A stretch of 64,000 nt of DNA, from NCBI RefSeq assembly GCF_006345805.1, contig NC_043008.1, positions 1,302,001 through 1,366,000 of the forward strand, in the 5' to 3' direction. A program made the position numbers and the translations under genes. Below are positions 51,722 through 64,000 of the stretch, piece after piece. Within the stretch, counting starts at the first letter, position 1, and each line of letters opens with the position of its first letter. Below the pieces are notes generated by a model. It was given only the letters and a program-made list of their open reading frames with translations. It searched no databases and had not been told where the DNA came from. This DNA comes from Octopus sinensis (Eukaryota).

Positions 51722-51912
51722 TATTTCTCGTCTTTTACTTGCTTCAGTCATCTGAATATTGCCATACTGGAGCACCGCCTTCATGGGTTTTCGTCGAAGA
51801 AATCGATTCCAAGAATTTGTTAAAGCCTAGTAGTATTTAATCAGTCTTCCACCGAACCGCTTATCACAAGGACGTAAACACACCTACACCCGTTGTCGAG
51901 TTATGGTGGGTA
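51722..51912 (-). mobile_element. SINE family C 3' half
   Basis: Reverse complement contains GGCGGTGCTCCAGTATGGCAATATTCAGATGACTGAAGCAAGTAAAAG, matching the tails at about 20420 and 59735. Confidence 0.7.
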
Positions 51913-52131
51913 ATATTACGGACAGAAAGGCACATACACACATAGAGATACTCCCACCCACACATGTCTCTCTCAAATACACACACGCACAGACAGACAC
52001 AGGCACATGCATTTATATAATAAAGTCAGATGCTTGTACTATAGCCTCGGTCCGCGTAATGCCGTCTCAGTGGATTTGGTGGATAGAAGCTGAAAATACG
52101 CCGTCGTATATATATATATATAATATATATA

Positions 52132-52172
<41 letters not shown>

Positions 52173-52279
52173 TTCAACAGAAATTTAGATTCAGATGAAT
52201 ATGGTACTTAAGTTAAAGGCACCAGAATTTTGTATGGTATTATCAATATAAAATTGATTATCAAATGGGTGATTATAAT

Positions 52280-52467
52280 CAAAATAAGCAACAATGGTAT
52301 ACAAGGTAGAGTAGTACAATTGTACTACTTCATTTTATTAAACACTGTGACTGAAGATTCTCGACACTTTAAAACTGATGTAATACTTACAGTGATTAAT
52401 AAATTGAAGTAGCATGAAACAAAACAATTGTACAACACTACCTGGGATATCCTTGTTGCTTACTTTG
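52280..52467. repeat. long fold-back with a hammerhead-like remnant in the loop
   Basis: Arm 52280-52350 pairs with arm 52387-52467 (one insertion of about 9 nt). The loop begins CTGAAGA and contains AAAAC. Confidence 0.75.
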
Positions 52468-52471
52468 AATA

Positions 52472-52558
<87 letters not shown>

Positions 52559-54453
52559 GATATAGTAGAAACATCTGACTTTATTATATAAACACATGTG
52601 TGTGTGTGTCTGTGCGTCTGTGTATGTGTGTCTGTGTTTGTCTCTGTCTGTCTGTGTGTACGTGTGTGTATGTGTATACGTGTATATAGGATTTCAGTTG
52701 GAAAAACTGTATTTTGCAACATAACATTTGATTGAAAAGATTCGTGAGATTAAATTATGACTAAAACATACATTTCCTCGTTTTATTGAAGAAAACACAC
52801 CTTATGCTAAATTTGCCTTACTTCTCTTAAAGTCAATGTTTTCTTGTAATTTGCATTAAAGCGATAATCTATAATGAATCTAAGCTCACTTGCAACTCAA
52901 ACTGTTTAGAACAGTCCGCCATTACAGTTAAAGTATTATTTTCAATCATCACTTTAAAAGTAAATTATATATTGTATGTTACTGAAAAAAGAAATACCTT
53001 AGTTTCAAATGGAACAAGAAAGAAAATTTAAATCAATTTAAGAGACAATTTATTCAATTTATAACAAAACACTTTCAATTTTATATTAGATTTCACATTT
53101 TTTTTTCTGCTTAAAAAATATATTATAATAGTTTCAAAACGGAATATTTTATATAATTCCGAATACATTTGAGAAATATGATTAAAAAAAAAAACGCTTG
53201 TGAGAATATTTTATTAAACCGTATTCCAAACAGAGAAATGTATACAACTAAACATGCAATCAATAATGGATAGCCTATAGCAGCACTTTTCTGAGGAAAC
53301 GAAAAGGCAACTACAAAAGTTGTGTTACTAAGTGGATATAGAAATACAACTGTTTTGTTTGAGTTTTTCTAAAAAAAATTGCAATCCCGCAGATATTCTA
53401 TTCTAAATTGCATGCTTTCCATTGGAAAAATTATCCACGATGCAGATTCTCTCTAAGAAAAATACTGAAATAAACAGGAATCAAAATTACTAAACGTCTA
53501 ACAAATTCAATTGTTGCTGTTAAGGCAATTTTCAGCTCTGGGCTGACGTTAATATCTCACAGCAAATAACTTAGAAAATAAGGATGACGAAAATTTTATA
53601 TTAATGCGGATGATCTATATGTCATATAACATATTTACATTGTATCATATGTAATGACTTATTTTTTTAATTATGAATTATTCTCTCATAATAAAACAAA
53701 TATTGGTCACGTACGGTTTTCATAAAAAGAGGTAATGTGAATCATCAATTTTTAGGAAACCACTAATGCTATTGCCAATACCTAGAATACACAGTTTTAG
53801 AATGCACAATTTACAGTTACTATCTTTGAGCTGCATTCAAACACCCACACAGAATAGCGGCAGACACCACGCAAAAAGGCGTACAAATCTTTCATCATAC
53901 TTATAATTGATTCAGTGAAGGTGCACCGCGTTGAATGGCTTAGAGGATTAAATCAACGTCAGCATTTATTTTTATACTTTGTACTCATTCGATCGGCACA
54001 TTTTACTGAACACCCAATTAGGAGCAATTAAACAACCGAACACTGCTTGTCTGATAAGCGATGACAGGGCGATAAACACACACATACATGTATACATATA
54101 CACAGGGTCACATATATGATCGACCTCAGGCTAGAGGAGGAGACGCATGTATATATATATATATATGTGCGTGTGTGTGTTTGTGTGTGTGTGTAACGGA
54201 TTCGTCACTGTTTAGTTACGTATTGAGGAGTTAGTTGTAACTTACTTATTGAATTTATTTTCCGATAATGTTGTACATAGGGTAAATGTGTTTGAAAGCT
54301 GTGTTTTCTTTGGTTTGTTTGTTCCCCCAAAACACTTGTTTTGGTGCTGTTGATACCGATGGTTTGAAGGGTGTCGGAAGCATAATGATATCCATGGACT
54401 AGCTGATGATGGAGGTATGTTGGTTTGTTGGTATGGCTTTGGAATACATATGC

Positions 54454-54501
<48 letters not shown>

Positions 54502-55069
54502 GCGTGTGTAAAAAAAATCAATTATGCATTTCCCCGCGCAAAATGTGCAGTATGTACGTAGAGACATTTCTACTTATATTTATATTATCTATGACAGGGA
54601 ATGAAGCCATCGCAGTACAGGAGATTCCCTCCCATCACCACCTATCTTGGAATCATAGGCGTGTCACATTTTAGCCTATACGTGTCGCCGAGCACCTAAT
54701 AAGCCTTCTCCGGTAAAATATTCCACGGGTAATCGGTCACTGTTCAAACATAGCCTCTTCAGTATGGTGCAGCTGTCTCACCTATATCCTTGGGACCATT
54801 CTACTGAAACGCGAATTAAAGGCATTTGGACAAGAGAACATACATTTGCCGTTCCCTTGGATAAAAAAGGTGGTATGGAGAAGGGAGGCTGGTATGCCTG
54901 GACAATTGATAGTCTTCCATAAACAACCTTGCCCGGATTTGTGCCTCGGATGGGAACTTTCTAGGCGCTAACCCATGGACATTCGCAACTGAGGAGAGTC
55001 TTCGAACTTTAACAACCATCCATTCATTCATCCAGCCAGCCAGCCAACCATCCATCCATCCATCCATCC

Positions 55070-55100
<31 letters not shown>

Positions 55101-55864
55101 CACACATACGCATAAACATATATACATATACATATGTCCACATCTACATACACGTACGCTCTCTCAGATACACACCAATCTTTTGCCGAAAGTTTGTTGT
55201 TCTGCACGAATTGATTTGAACCAATGAGAATATAGTAAACTAGAAAAATATAAAAAATAAAATCAAAACTGTTTCTTGTGTCTATAAGGTGTCTTGAATT
55301 ACATCTTCTCCACTGATATTAAAATTTTTGCTGTTAAAATTAATATCACAAAGATAAATAATCTAATTTGATGCAAATGTGCGCTATTTCAATATCTGAT
55401 AATCTTTGGAGTGGAGGTGAGCTCCCATATTACTACGTAAATTTTCCTCTACCCAAAGCAATAATCAATTTGAGAAGCTATATAAATCTAATATGAGAAT
55501 GCAATATCCTAATGCTCACACATTTCATATCGTTGCGTTTGCATTGCATTTTGCCCATGCACAAATATGCTCCGTACCACCAAAACCTTACAGCGAGTTG
55601 ATTGGTAAATACGAGACGCAAAACTTTGCAAATATTATCTCATCGAACAGTAAACTTACTTGATGTAAGGCGCATGGAAGATTACGATTTGCCTTCTGGG
55701 CCAGGAAATATCCAAACATTATTAGTTGCTGACGATCAACAATGGGCATGAGATATCCAAGTATCTTTGTACATAAAAACAAACAAACAAACATACATAC
55801 ATGTTTACACTCATGATTACATGCATACGTAAATCTATAAATTCGCTCATACTTGCATACATGC

Positions 55865-55913
<49 letters not shown>

Positions 55914-55979
55914 TTTGTATGTGTCTGTATGCATATATACATATATACATTTTTCTTGTGTATGTGTGCATGTATATAA

Positions 55980-56016
<37 letters not shown>

Positions 56017-58579
56017 CAGAGAGACAGAGAGACAGAGAGACAGAGAGAGAGAGAGCGAGAGAGAGAAGCATAAAATAATATATTCATATCTGTGTGTATG
56101 CGCGCGTGCTGGTATATTGGGTAATCCGATTTCTGACATGCAAAATGATATCGAAAATAAATGCCTAGTCTGTTCGAAAGACTGTATAGCATTCACGAGG
56201 AAAAAACTTTCAACCAGTCACTCATAATCACGTACATTTTCTCCCGCTCTGCATTCATTTGTACCACAATATTATGTATTACTCTGAGCTAAAATGCTGC
56301 ATAGCCTCATTTATTTACGTTTATCGAATGCAATCGGAACTTTTGGTCTCGCAAATACGTTTGAGTGCCACACAGATTTACTCCAGATAGGCACAGTGAG
56401 ACATTTTAATTAATTCTAGTGTATTATGGATGAATGGTAGATTTGCAGCCGAGAAATAGATTAATAGTTTAGTATAGTTGAATTTCCAAACAGATGATGA
56501 AAGATGAAACTAAATTCTGCAAAGCATATAGTCAACTGCTCTGCTGTTTTGATGTAGTAAGTATTACAATATCAAGTATTGATTTCTCTCAATAGGCAGT
56601 AGAATTATATATTGGAGAGAAGGGCTTAGAATTGCTAATTCAGTAGCAATATATTTGTGAACATCCTTTTATTGATCCTAATGTGAGAAAAGCTGGAATC
56701 CAACCGAGACGTGAAAACAGAACACAGCAGAACGGAGCTAAATGCTTGGATGCTTATATTCAAATGTTTTATTGCACCGGTTATCTCTACGGATTTTAAT
56801 AGATTCATTATGAATACGTGTTACTTACTGACGAGGTAGAGATTGTTGAACTAGTAGCGAATCACACCAACTGCATCGTGTTGCTTTTTCAATGAGACTG
56901 GGTTAAACCTCCTCATATTCCCATATTTATGCGTCTATCAATGACGTTATTTGAAGCTAAATCATATATAATAAAGCATAGCTATCTTCGAAATCATTCC
57001 AATGCAATTAGTCCATCTACTTTTGTATCATCACTTCTTTATCAATTGTGCTTCCATATTTTTAAAAATTATAATACGATGTGATACAAATTTGAGTGCT
57101 ATTTTAGTTGGTGAAAGAACAATATCGGAGGTCGACATCTGTCCTTGTAGTATATTGATATATATCATATTGATGTCTTTTTATATACTTAGCGTAGTAT
57201 AGATTGTGTATAGGATGCAGTAGTCTAGAACGATTTTATTTAGTAGATGTTCTACGCATCAGTTTTTCTACATTTAAATCAACTATACTCAGCTGGCGTA
57301 TTAGCTGCTTAATACTTCTGGCTTATAAAAGAAACATAGCTATGAAATTGGCACGAATGTTATCGATCGGTTTCGCAGATAGAATGGAGAGTTTTAAAAA
57401 TATGTTTTTTTTTCGATAGTACATCTGATGTCCAGTATTTGCTGGTAACAAAAGACTGCGTGGGAGTTAAGTGTGGCAGATTCGATTAAAAGTCATTGTT
57501 CGAGTTATTAACTGCACTGGCAATGTAGGACTGGACATGGACTGCAAGACAGAAAATACGGCATTAGTAATCCAGTGTTTGGAATTCATCTGGGTCGTAT
57601 TTATCAGCACTGATGTGTAACTGTGTTGTAGTTATGACGCAATCTATTCCAGAAACAACCGAAAGAGCAAAGTAAGGTTCCATATATCCAACTTTCCACA
57701 GAGAGATCCTAAGGTTCAACCCACGGGATTGTGCCACAAAGTAGGAGACTCTGAGATGAGATCGCGATCACTGCGAGATAATGTAGCAACACAGTGATTT
57801 CAGCTCGTTGATTGAAGGCACTTGGAAACACTTATGGCTTGAGAAAAGGGTAAAAGGACATAGACCGAAGAACCTTTGTTGATTATTATTTCAAGATGAC
57901 TATAAGACCAAACACTTCATGTAATTGACGTACATGAACATGAGTAATTGAACCTGGTAGCTAAATGTGAGGAAAAGCGCGGAAGTACCTTAAAACATAT
58001 GTATAGAGTAGTATATAGTTAGCAAGTCTACATGGGGAATATACGGGACTGGAGCGGTAAAAGAGACGAAAATAAGGTCGCTTTGTGTTTTGTGGAAGAA
58101 TGGCTGAAGGGAAATTTCTTGGGCGGTCCGTTGCATGAAACGTTACGATATATACAAATAAACACCACACACCACACACACCACAAACACACACAAAATA
58201 CACACCACACGCGTACACACATCACACACACGCGGACATGCACCCAAATATATATTCCACACACACACACAGAAACACACACCACATACACCCACGCCAT
58301 ACCCACCATACACACGCACAGTCATGTATATACACACCCACACCACAAATACGCAAAATTTCTTTATCACTTTATATCTGTTATGAGTTGTCCTAGATAT
58401 TAATTGACGTAGATATCAATTGTCCAGCTATGAGTTGTCTGATATGAGTCGTCGGCGAATGAGTTGTCATGGTTTCTGCTGTCTTAGAACCCATTCACTT
58501 CACATAGAATATCGAGCGGCACTAACATAAAACAAACATTACAATACAGTTCTGTATGTGAGAGACGAGGACTTATGTG

Positions 58580-58834
58580 CATTATTTACATCTGCCGGAC
58601 ATTTGTCCACATTTTCTTTGTTGTTAACATAACTTTTCGGTTGATATACCCTCCAGCATTCATCATATGGGCATATGGCATAGCGCTTAAGAGTGAAGGC
58701 TACTACCCCAAGATTCAGAGTTCGATTCCAGGCAGTGACCTGAATAATAATAATAAAAAAAAAATAATAATAACAACAACAACAACAATAATAACAACAA
58801 CAATAATAATAATAACAACAATAATAATAATAAC

Positions 58835-58898
<64 letters not shown>

Positions 58899-59058
58899 GC
58901 AACAACAACAACAACAACATCGAAAACTCCCTTAGGAATGAGAACCCAGGTTCGAAATTTTCCCAGGACACCTGATGAAGGCTGAATAATATATCAGCTT
59001 AAACGATGTGTTTACAACACACAAGATGGGGACAAATATCCGTGGAATGTAAATTATG
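58580..59058. mobile_element. composite element: hammerhead-derived inverted ends, tRNA-like head and (AAT)n/(AAC)n array
   Basis: 58580-58665 is the imperfect reverse complement of 58973-59058 (about 70% by eye). A-box TGGCATAGCGC at 58676-86 and B-box GAGTTCGATTCC at 58718-29; trinucleotide array at about 58743-58919; ACAC-CTGATGA-AGGCTG...CAGCTT-AAACGAT-GTGT at 58968-59011. Confidence 0.75.
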
Positions 59059-59270
59059 AAAACATTACAACTTCAGTGACATTAAATTCAGTTATTCCTT
59101 CCTCGAAAGTTTTACCATATTTTGTGACATTTACGGGAAAAAAACGTGGGCAAAGGAACTTAACTCATTAGAAAGAAACCGATTAGCGATGTGAAGCACC
59201 AGTTCAGGGCTACAAATTTCAAAACATTACTACGTGTAAAGCATCCTCATGCACACACATACACACGCAT

Positions 59271-59320
<50 letters not shown>

Positions 59321-59357
59321 ACATACACATACCGACTGTACTTCTATAGTGTATATA

Positions 59358-59787
59358 GGCTCAGGCTTGACTGTGTGTGAAGAAGCTTGCTTCCTAACCA
59401 CATGGTCCCGGGTTCAGCCTCACTGCGTGGCACCTTGTAGCCTGTTTTAGTACAGCCACGGGCAGACCAAAGCCTTATGAGTGCATTTCCTAGACGGGGA
59501 TTTGAAGACGTCCGTCGTATATAAGTATATATTTATGTATGTATGTATTTCCCCACCACCACAACCACCACCACCACCACCACCACCACCACCACCATCG
59601 CTTGACAACCGATGTTGTTGTTTGTATATCCCTGTAACATAGCAGTTCGGCAATGGAGACCGACAAAATAAATATTAGGCTAAACGGAATGAGTCCTGAA
59701 GGGTGATTTATTGACTAAAAGTGTATTAATGCGGTGCTCCCGCATGGCCGCAGTCGAATGGCTGAAAAAAATAAAAGAATGGAAGAA
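59358..59787 (+). mobile_element. SINE family C with internal (CAC)n expansion
   Basis: Head AGAAGCTTGCTTCCTAACCACATGGTCCCGGGTTCAGCC; tail GCGGTGCTCCCGCATGGCCGCAGTCGAATGGCTGAAA; collinear with 20067-20462. Confidence 0.8.
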
Positions 59788-62572
59788 TATACTTGTGAGC
59801 CTGTGTGTATTTATATATATACACACACACACACACACACTCACACATACATACACCCACAAACATATGTGTATATATATGTAGGTATATATAGATATGT
59901 GTGTGAGTATATTTATATGTGTATATTGTAAGACACATAATGATTTATAAGCTACCAAAGGTATTCAACCAAGATTCTGTTTATTTCTTTCTGGATGTCA
60001 AACTCATTGCAACCTCGTCTTACACATGTTAGTAAGTAGAGATGTTTGGTATAACAATTAACGCAAGAAGTCTTGGAATGTGGGAGCATTATGTAATTAT
60101 GTAAGAAATCATTTACAAGTTCCTTACACTTGCAGAGCAGATGTTGCTATTGTGATAAATGTTGTCAAAGTGTTACTATATGCAATTGTACGTTCAACTA
60201 CAAAATCATTCAGAGAATTATAATTAAATTTGGTGAAAACAGAGTATATCCGCATATGTATACACACCCATAAACAGACAAACATTTGTCTGTATGCTTA
60301 GATGTTTTATTTAGGTTGATGTTAGTGTATTCTGAGCGAAATATATACATCAAAATATATCACAGCGTAATTAGAAATATGTTCTTATAAACATCATCTT
60401 TTCTTACGTGATTTAATATATTTCGAATAAAGTATTTGTACAGAAGAACACGATTATGGATGGGAAGATAAATTCACATGAACTGAAGCCAGGTTTTCAT
60501 GTGGTTCATATCATGTTGATTTTAGATTGATTAATGTGAACATTGATGCCACCAAGTTGATATGAAATAAATTGCAAAAATATTTATAACATGGTACTCT
60601 AATTTCCAAGTTTGTCTTCACCCAACTCTCTTACTACGGTCACTCTTAATTTGTAACTGTGGAAGCAGTTTACATGTGCATCCTGATTAATCTGCCGAAT
60701 CTTCACCATCTTGTAAACATTCAGTATATTGAATTTTATACAGGTAGAATGTCATATATCTTTATTTTTATGATATAATCATTTATACTGATTCCATTAT
60801 ATCACTCTATATGTACTTTACCTTTTCCCAACAGACGAAACCATCTATGGACATCCGTTGTATTCCGAATTAGAATGTAGTCAAATGTGTGAATATTCTA
60901 ATTAAGATTTTGGTGACTCACTGTAAATATTCATCCGTTAACCACCGTGTAACATAATCGTATATGCACAAATTAGTGAGTTCGATAGAGCGTAAGTTAG
61001 AAGGCCTCCTAGCATACGTTCTGAATCGATGCACCCTAAATTAAAATTAATTCGCGATCAAATTTGTAATTCTACCTTTCAATCTCTGTAAATAAAGTGC
61101 TTGTCCAGGGTTGTAGTTTAGAGTAAATTTAGGAGATCAGACATTATGATTTGCGACATGATTTGCGGTTCTTATCATTCTGAGTCTAATTAACTAAATT
61201 GCTAACCACTGATGTAACTTATTCATGAGCAAATTTGACACTTCGGGATAGATAGACGAAAGTAGAGTATGTTGAAGCGTTCACTATGCGGTGATTAGAA
61301 AACGGCGGACACCTTAAACAGGTAAACTTATATATCGTGATTCTAGCACAGATCTAAATAAACTCAAACTAAAGTCAAGCCAAAACATATGGATGTAGAC
61401 ATATATTTATGATAAAATACGTGCAGGCCGCAATTTGCTTCACGTAAAAATACAACAATGAAATATTAATGGATGTAACCTTTAGAATTTGTAGCTATTC
61501 GAGTTCGTGTCTTCATTTAGACAGACAGAGGTCATGGGAATTCCGTCTATGTTCCTGTTTGACAAAATATTTTACTCTGACAGTTAAAATAATTAAGGAA
61601 TCAGTGCATCGTAAGCGATGTTCACTGTTTAAATGGATGTGGCATAGGTCCGGTTTGTCCTTTTCTACCAGCAGACACCGAGGCTCTGAAATGTTTCTTC
61701 TTCTAGTAATGTAAACAAAAAATTAATATTCAAATGATGCGTTACGTAAAGTAGGATGAACCAGTTGTATAAACCAGACCGTTCACGGTTATAATATATA
61801 TGCAGTTTTTTTGTACGCATGGTGTTTATTATGTGCTATACCCCTACACCATAGGGTCGAGCATATGGCTGTTAATTTTCTTATCTATATACAAAACCAA
61901 GGAGAAATCAGTCGGACAGAAGTGATTTGCGATTTCTAAAAAAAGTAATTGTTTAATGATTAGGTATCCACGGTAATTTTCAGAACGTCTGCCTAAACCA
62001 GAAATAGACATTATTAAAATATTACAGTAAGTGTAAAACCATTCATGCTATTGGTGTTATTGGTTAAGAATTGACAAAACTTCATTATTAAAAATGATTG
62101 AAAAGTGTTTACTAAGAAATACAGAGAACATAATTAGGTTAAGTTAAATTACAGAAATATTTGTAAGTTTACAAGTGAAACGTATGAAGCAGCTGTTAGT
62201 AATTCTTAGCTTCCAACATCTTACGATTGTATAATTGACAATGTAGTCTGAAACGGTATAGACTTATACTAATTAAGTTATAATAGAAGTTAATTAATAG
62301 AGAAACAATTGTAAATATATTTATGTGTCTCTTTAATTACTGAAGTAATGTCTAAGTACAATTATTTCATTTCACACAAATTGACGAGTAGACTTATAGA
62401 AACTATAGATACGTACGCGTATGTACATATCTACAAACACATGTTCACATATATACACATATTAATATATGTGTGTGTGTGTGCATACAAAAATACTGTC
62501 AGAGTAAAACACCTGTATAATACACATACAGGTAGACGCGCACATACGTGTACTCCCCCCTCCCCACACATT

Positions 62573-62645
<73 letters not shown>

Positions 62646-62846
62646 GTGTGTGAGTGTTTTCCTTTATGTATATATTTATATAGAATTACATAGTTTGAGA
62701 CGTATATTAGTCATTCAAAAACATACAACTCCATTGAAAGATTTATTATTTGGCGTAGATATTCTCGAGGCATGAAGAGTAAGCTGGCCTCTGGCATTGT
62801 TTCGTGGCAACAATGTGTCTTCTACATTAATTTGCATCTAGGTAGG

Positions 62847-62889
<43 letters not shown>

Positions 62890-62915
62890 CGAATTAGTCA
62901 TTAGACTATATATTA

Positions 62916-63162
62916 TTCATATAGATATATAATAAAAGGCTTCCAAATAAGGAAGCGTAGTGCTAGAAACACAAAAAGGGATAAATTCATGAAAGGAATG
63001 AAAATGAAAAACATTTACCATCTCAACTATATCCCAGACCGACGGTTTTTACTATTTTCAGCAAACAACCAAAATATATTTGCCAAAGCCATGAATTTAT
63101 CCCTTTTTGTGTTCTAGTACAACGCTTCCTTATTTGGAAGCCTCTTATTGTATTTCTATATG

Positions 63163-63164
<2 letters not shown>
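62916..63164. repeat. (TA)n-embedded fold-back element (about 76-bp arms, about 92% identical, 98-nt loop)
   Basis: 62916-62991 versus the reverse complement of 63090-63164: five substitutions and one indel counted by eye. Confidence 0.9.
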
Positions 63165-63199
<35 letters not shown>

Positions 63200-63290
63200 A
63201 AATATTAGGGAATAAATCCAAACTTACAGGGAAAAATCAGAGTTCATATTGATTAAACCTCGCCAATATTTAAATATTTAAATATTTAAA

Positions 63291-63358
63291 CCACCTGTAG
63301 AATGAATGTAACTCGAAAATTTTAAGAATGGAACAGCCATGAAACGATCGTAGTGTTA
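63291..63358 (+). ncRNA. hammerhead-like motif with A6-to-U core (CUGUAGA)
   Basis: Stem I CAC/GTG; CTGTAGA (63295-63301); stem II ATG/CAT; GAAA (63341-44); ACGATCGT; GUA. Confidence 0.5.
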
Positions 63359-63482
63359 TATTAATTACCTTTTTTAATAATTTTGATATATATTTAAATA
63401 ATATAAATGAATTAATCTTATGTATTGGCTTAAGTTTTTCATTGTATGATTTGCCTAATAGTGGTTTTATCTCTAATTTAAT

Positions 63483-63531
<49 letters not shown>

Positions 63532-64000
63532 TATATATAAACAGACACACATACACATGCATACCTGGTCATTCTGCCATTTTTATAGATGCCTGCCTAC
63601 TCATTGTTATGACTCATTGTCCAGAGCATTTATGATTTTCTATTCAAAATTTCTGATATGTCTATTCACACCTCTTGCTGATCTCCAAATTTTGATGCAA
63701 AGATAACACGCAAAAAAATTGTTACTTACTCTGTGTCTCCGATTGGATTGGTATCTGCTCATCGCCGCTCTTCTACCGATCAATAGAATCACACCTGAGG
63801 TCACATCTCTACGGCATTGCACGATTGGCATAATCGCTTACGTAACGCCATGCAACACATTCTGAGACTCCATTTTTAACTCGTGAGAAACCGAAGCCTG
63901 ATAACCTGTGACAGGTTACTACAGCTTTTACAGGAGAGTGTCACTGGGTATTAATTTAAAACGCATCCTTCTTGTGGGGCACTGCTTTGCGGGTTCCAAT

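Noticed and set aside
56820-56940. LTDEVEIVELVANHTN resembling a piggyBac transposase motif
   Set aside because: Too short, flanked by stops, no further motifs or TTAA/TIR found.

Overview
Very AT-rich, microsatellite-dense eukaryotic DNA. The repeat content resembles coleoid cephalopod (octopus-like) genomes; this is an inference from family resemblance, not a database result. No host protein-coding gene can be supported, and most of the six-frame ORFs are translations of (TA)n, (CA)n, (TAGA)n or (AAT)n arrays. The window is a transposon graveyard. It holds a nearly intact 5'-truncated Penelope-like element (PLE; RT plus C-terminal GIY-YIG, Naiad-like, 33.4-37.2 kb) ending in a type I hammerhead ribozyme (HHR), three further PLE fragments, several mariner/Tc1 remnants, a Helitron N-terminal fragment, a GC-rich RTE/BovB-like 3' end and about a dozen tRNA-derived SINE copies. 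The most notable signal is a set of about ten minimal hammerhead motifs with short, mostly palindromic stem III, nearly all in small non-coding elements bordered by microsatellite arrays, mainly (TA)n. These include a retrozyme-like element (50.45-51.18 kb) with two near-identical direct repeats each carrying an HHR 492 nt apart, a composite element with HHR-derived inverted ends around a tRNA-like head, and long fold-back elements. All RNA structures were folded by eye and none was tested.
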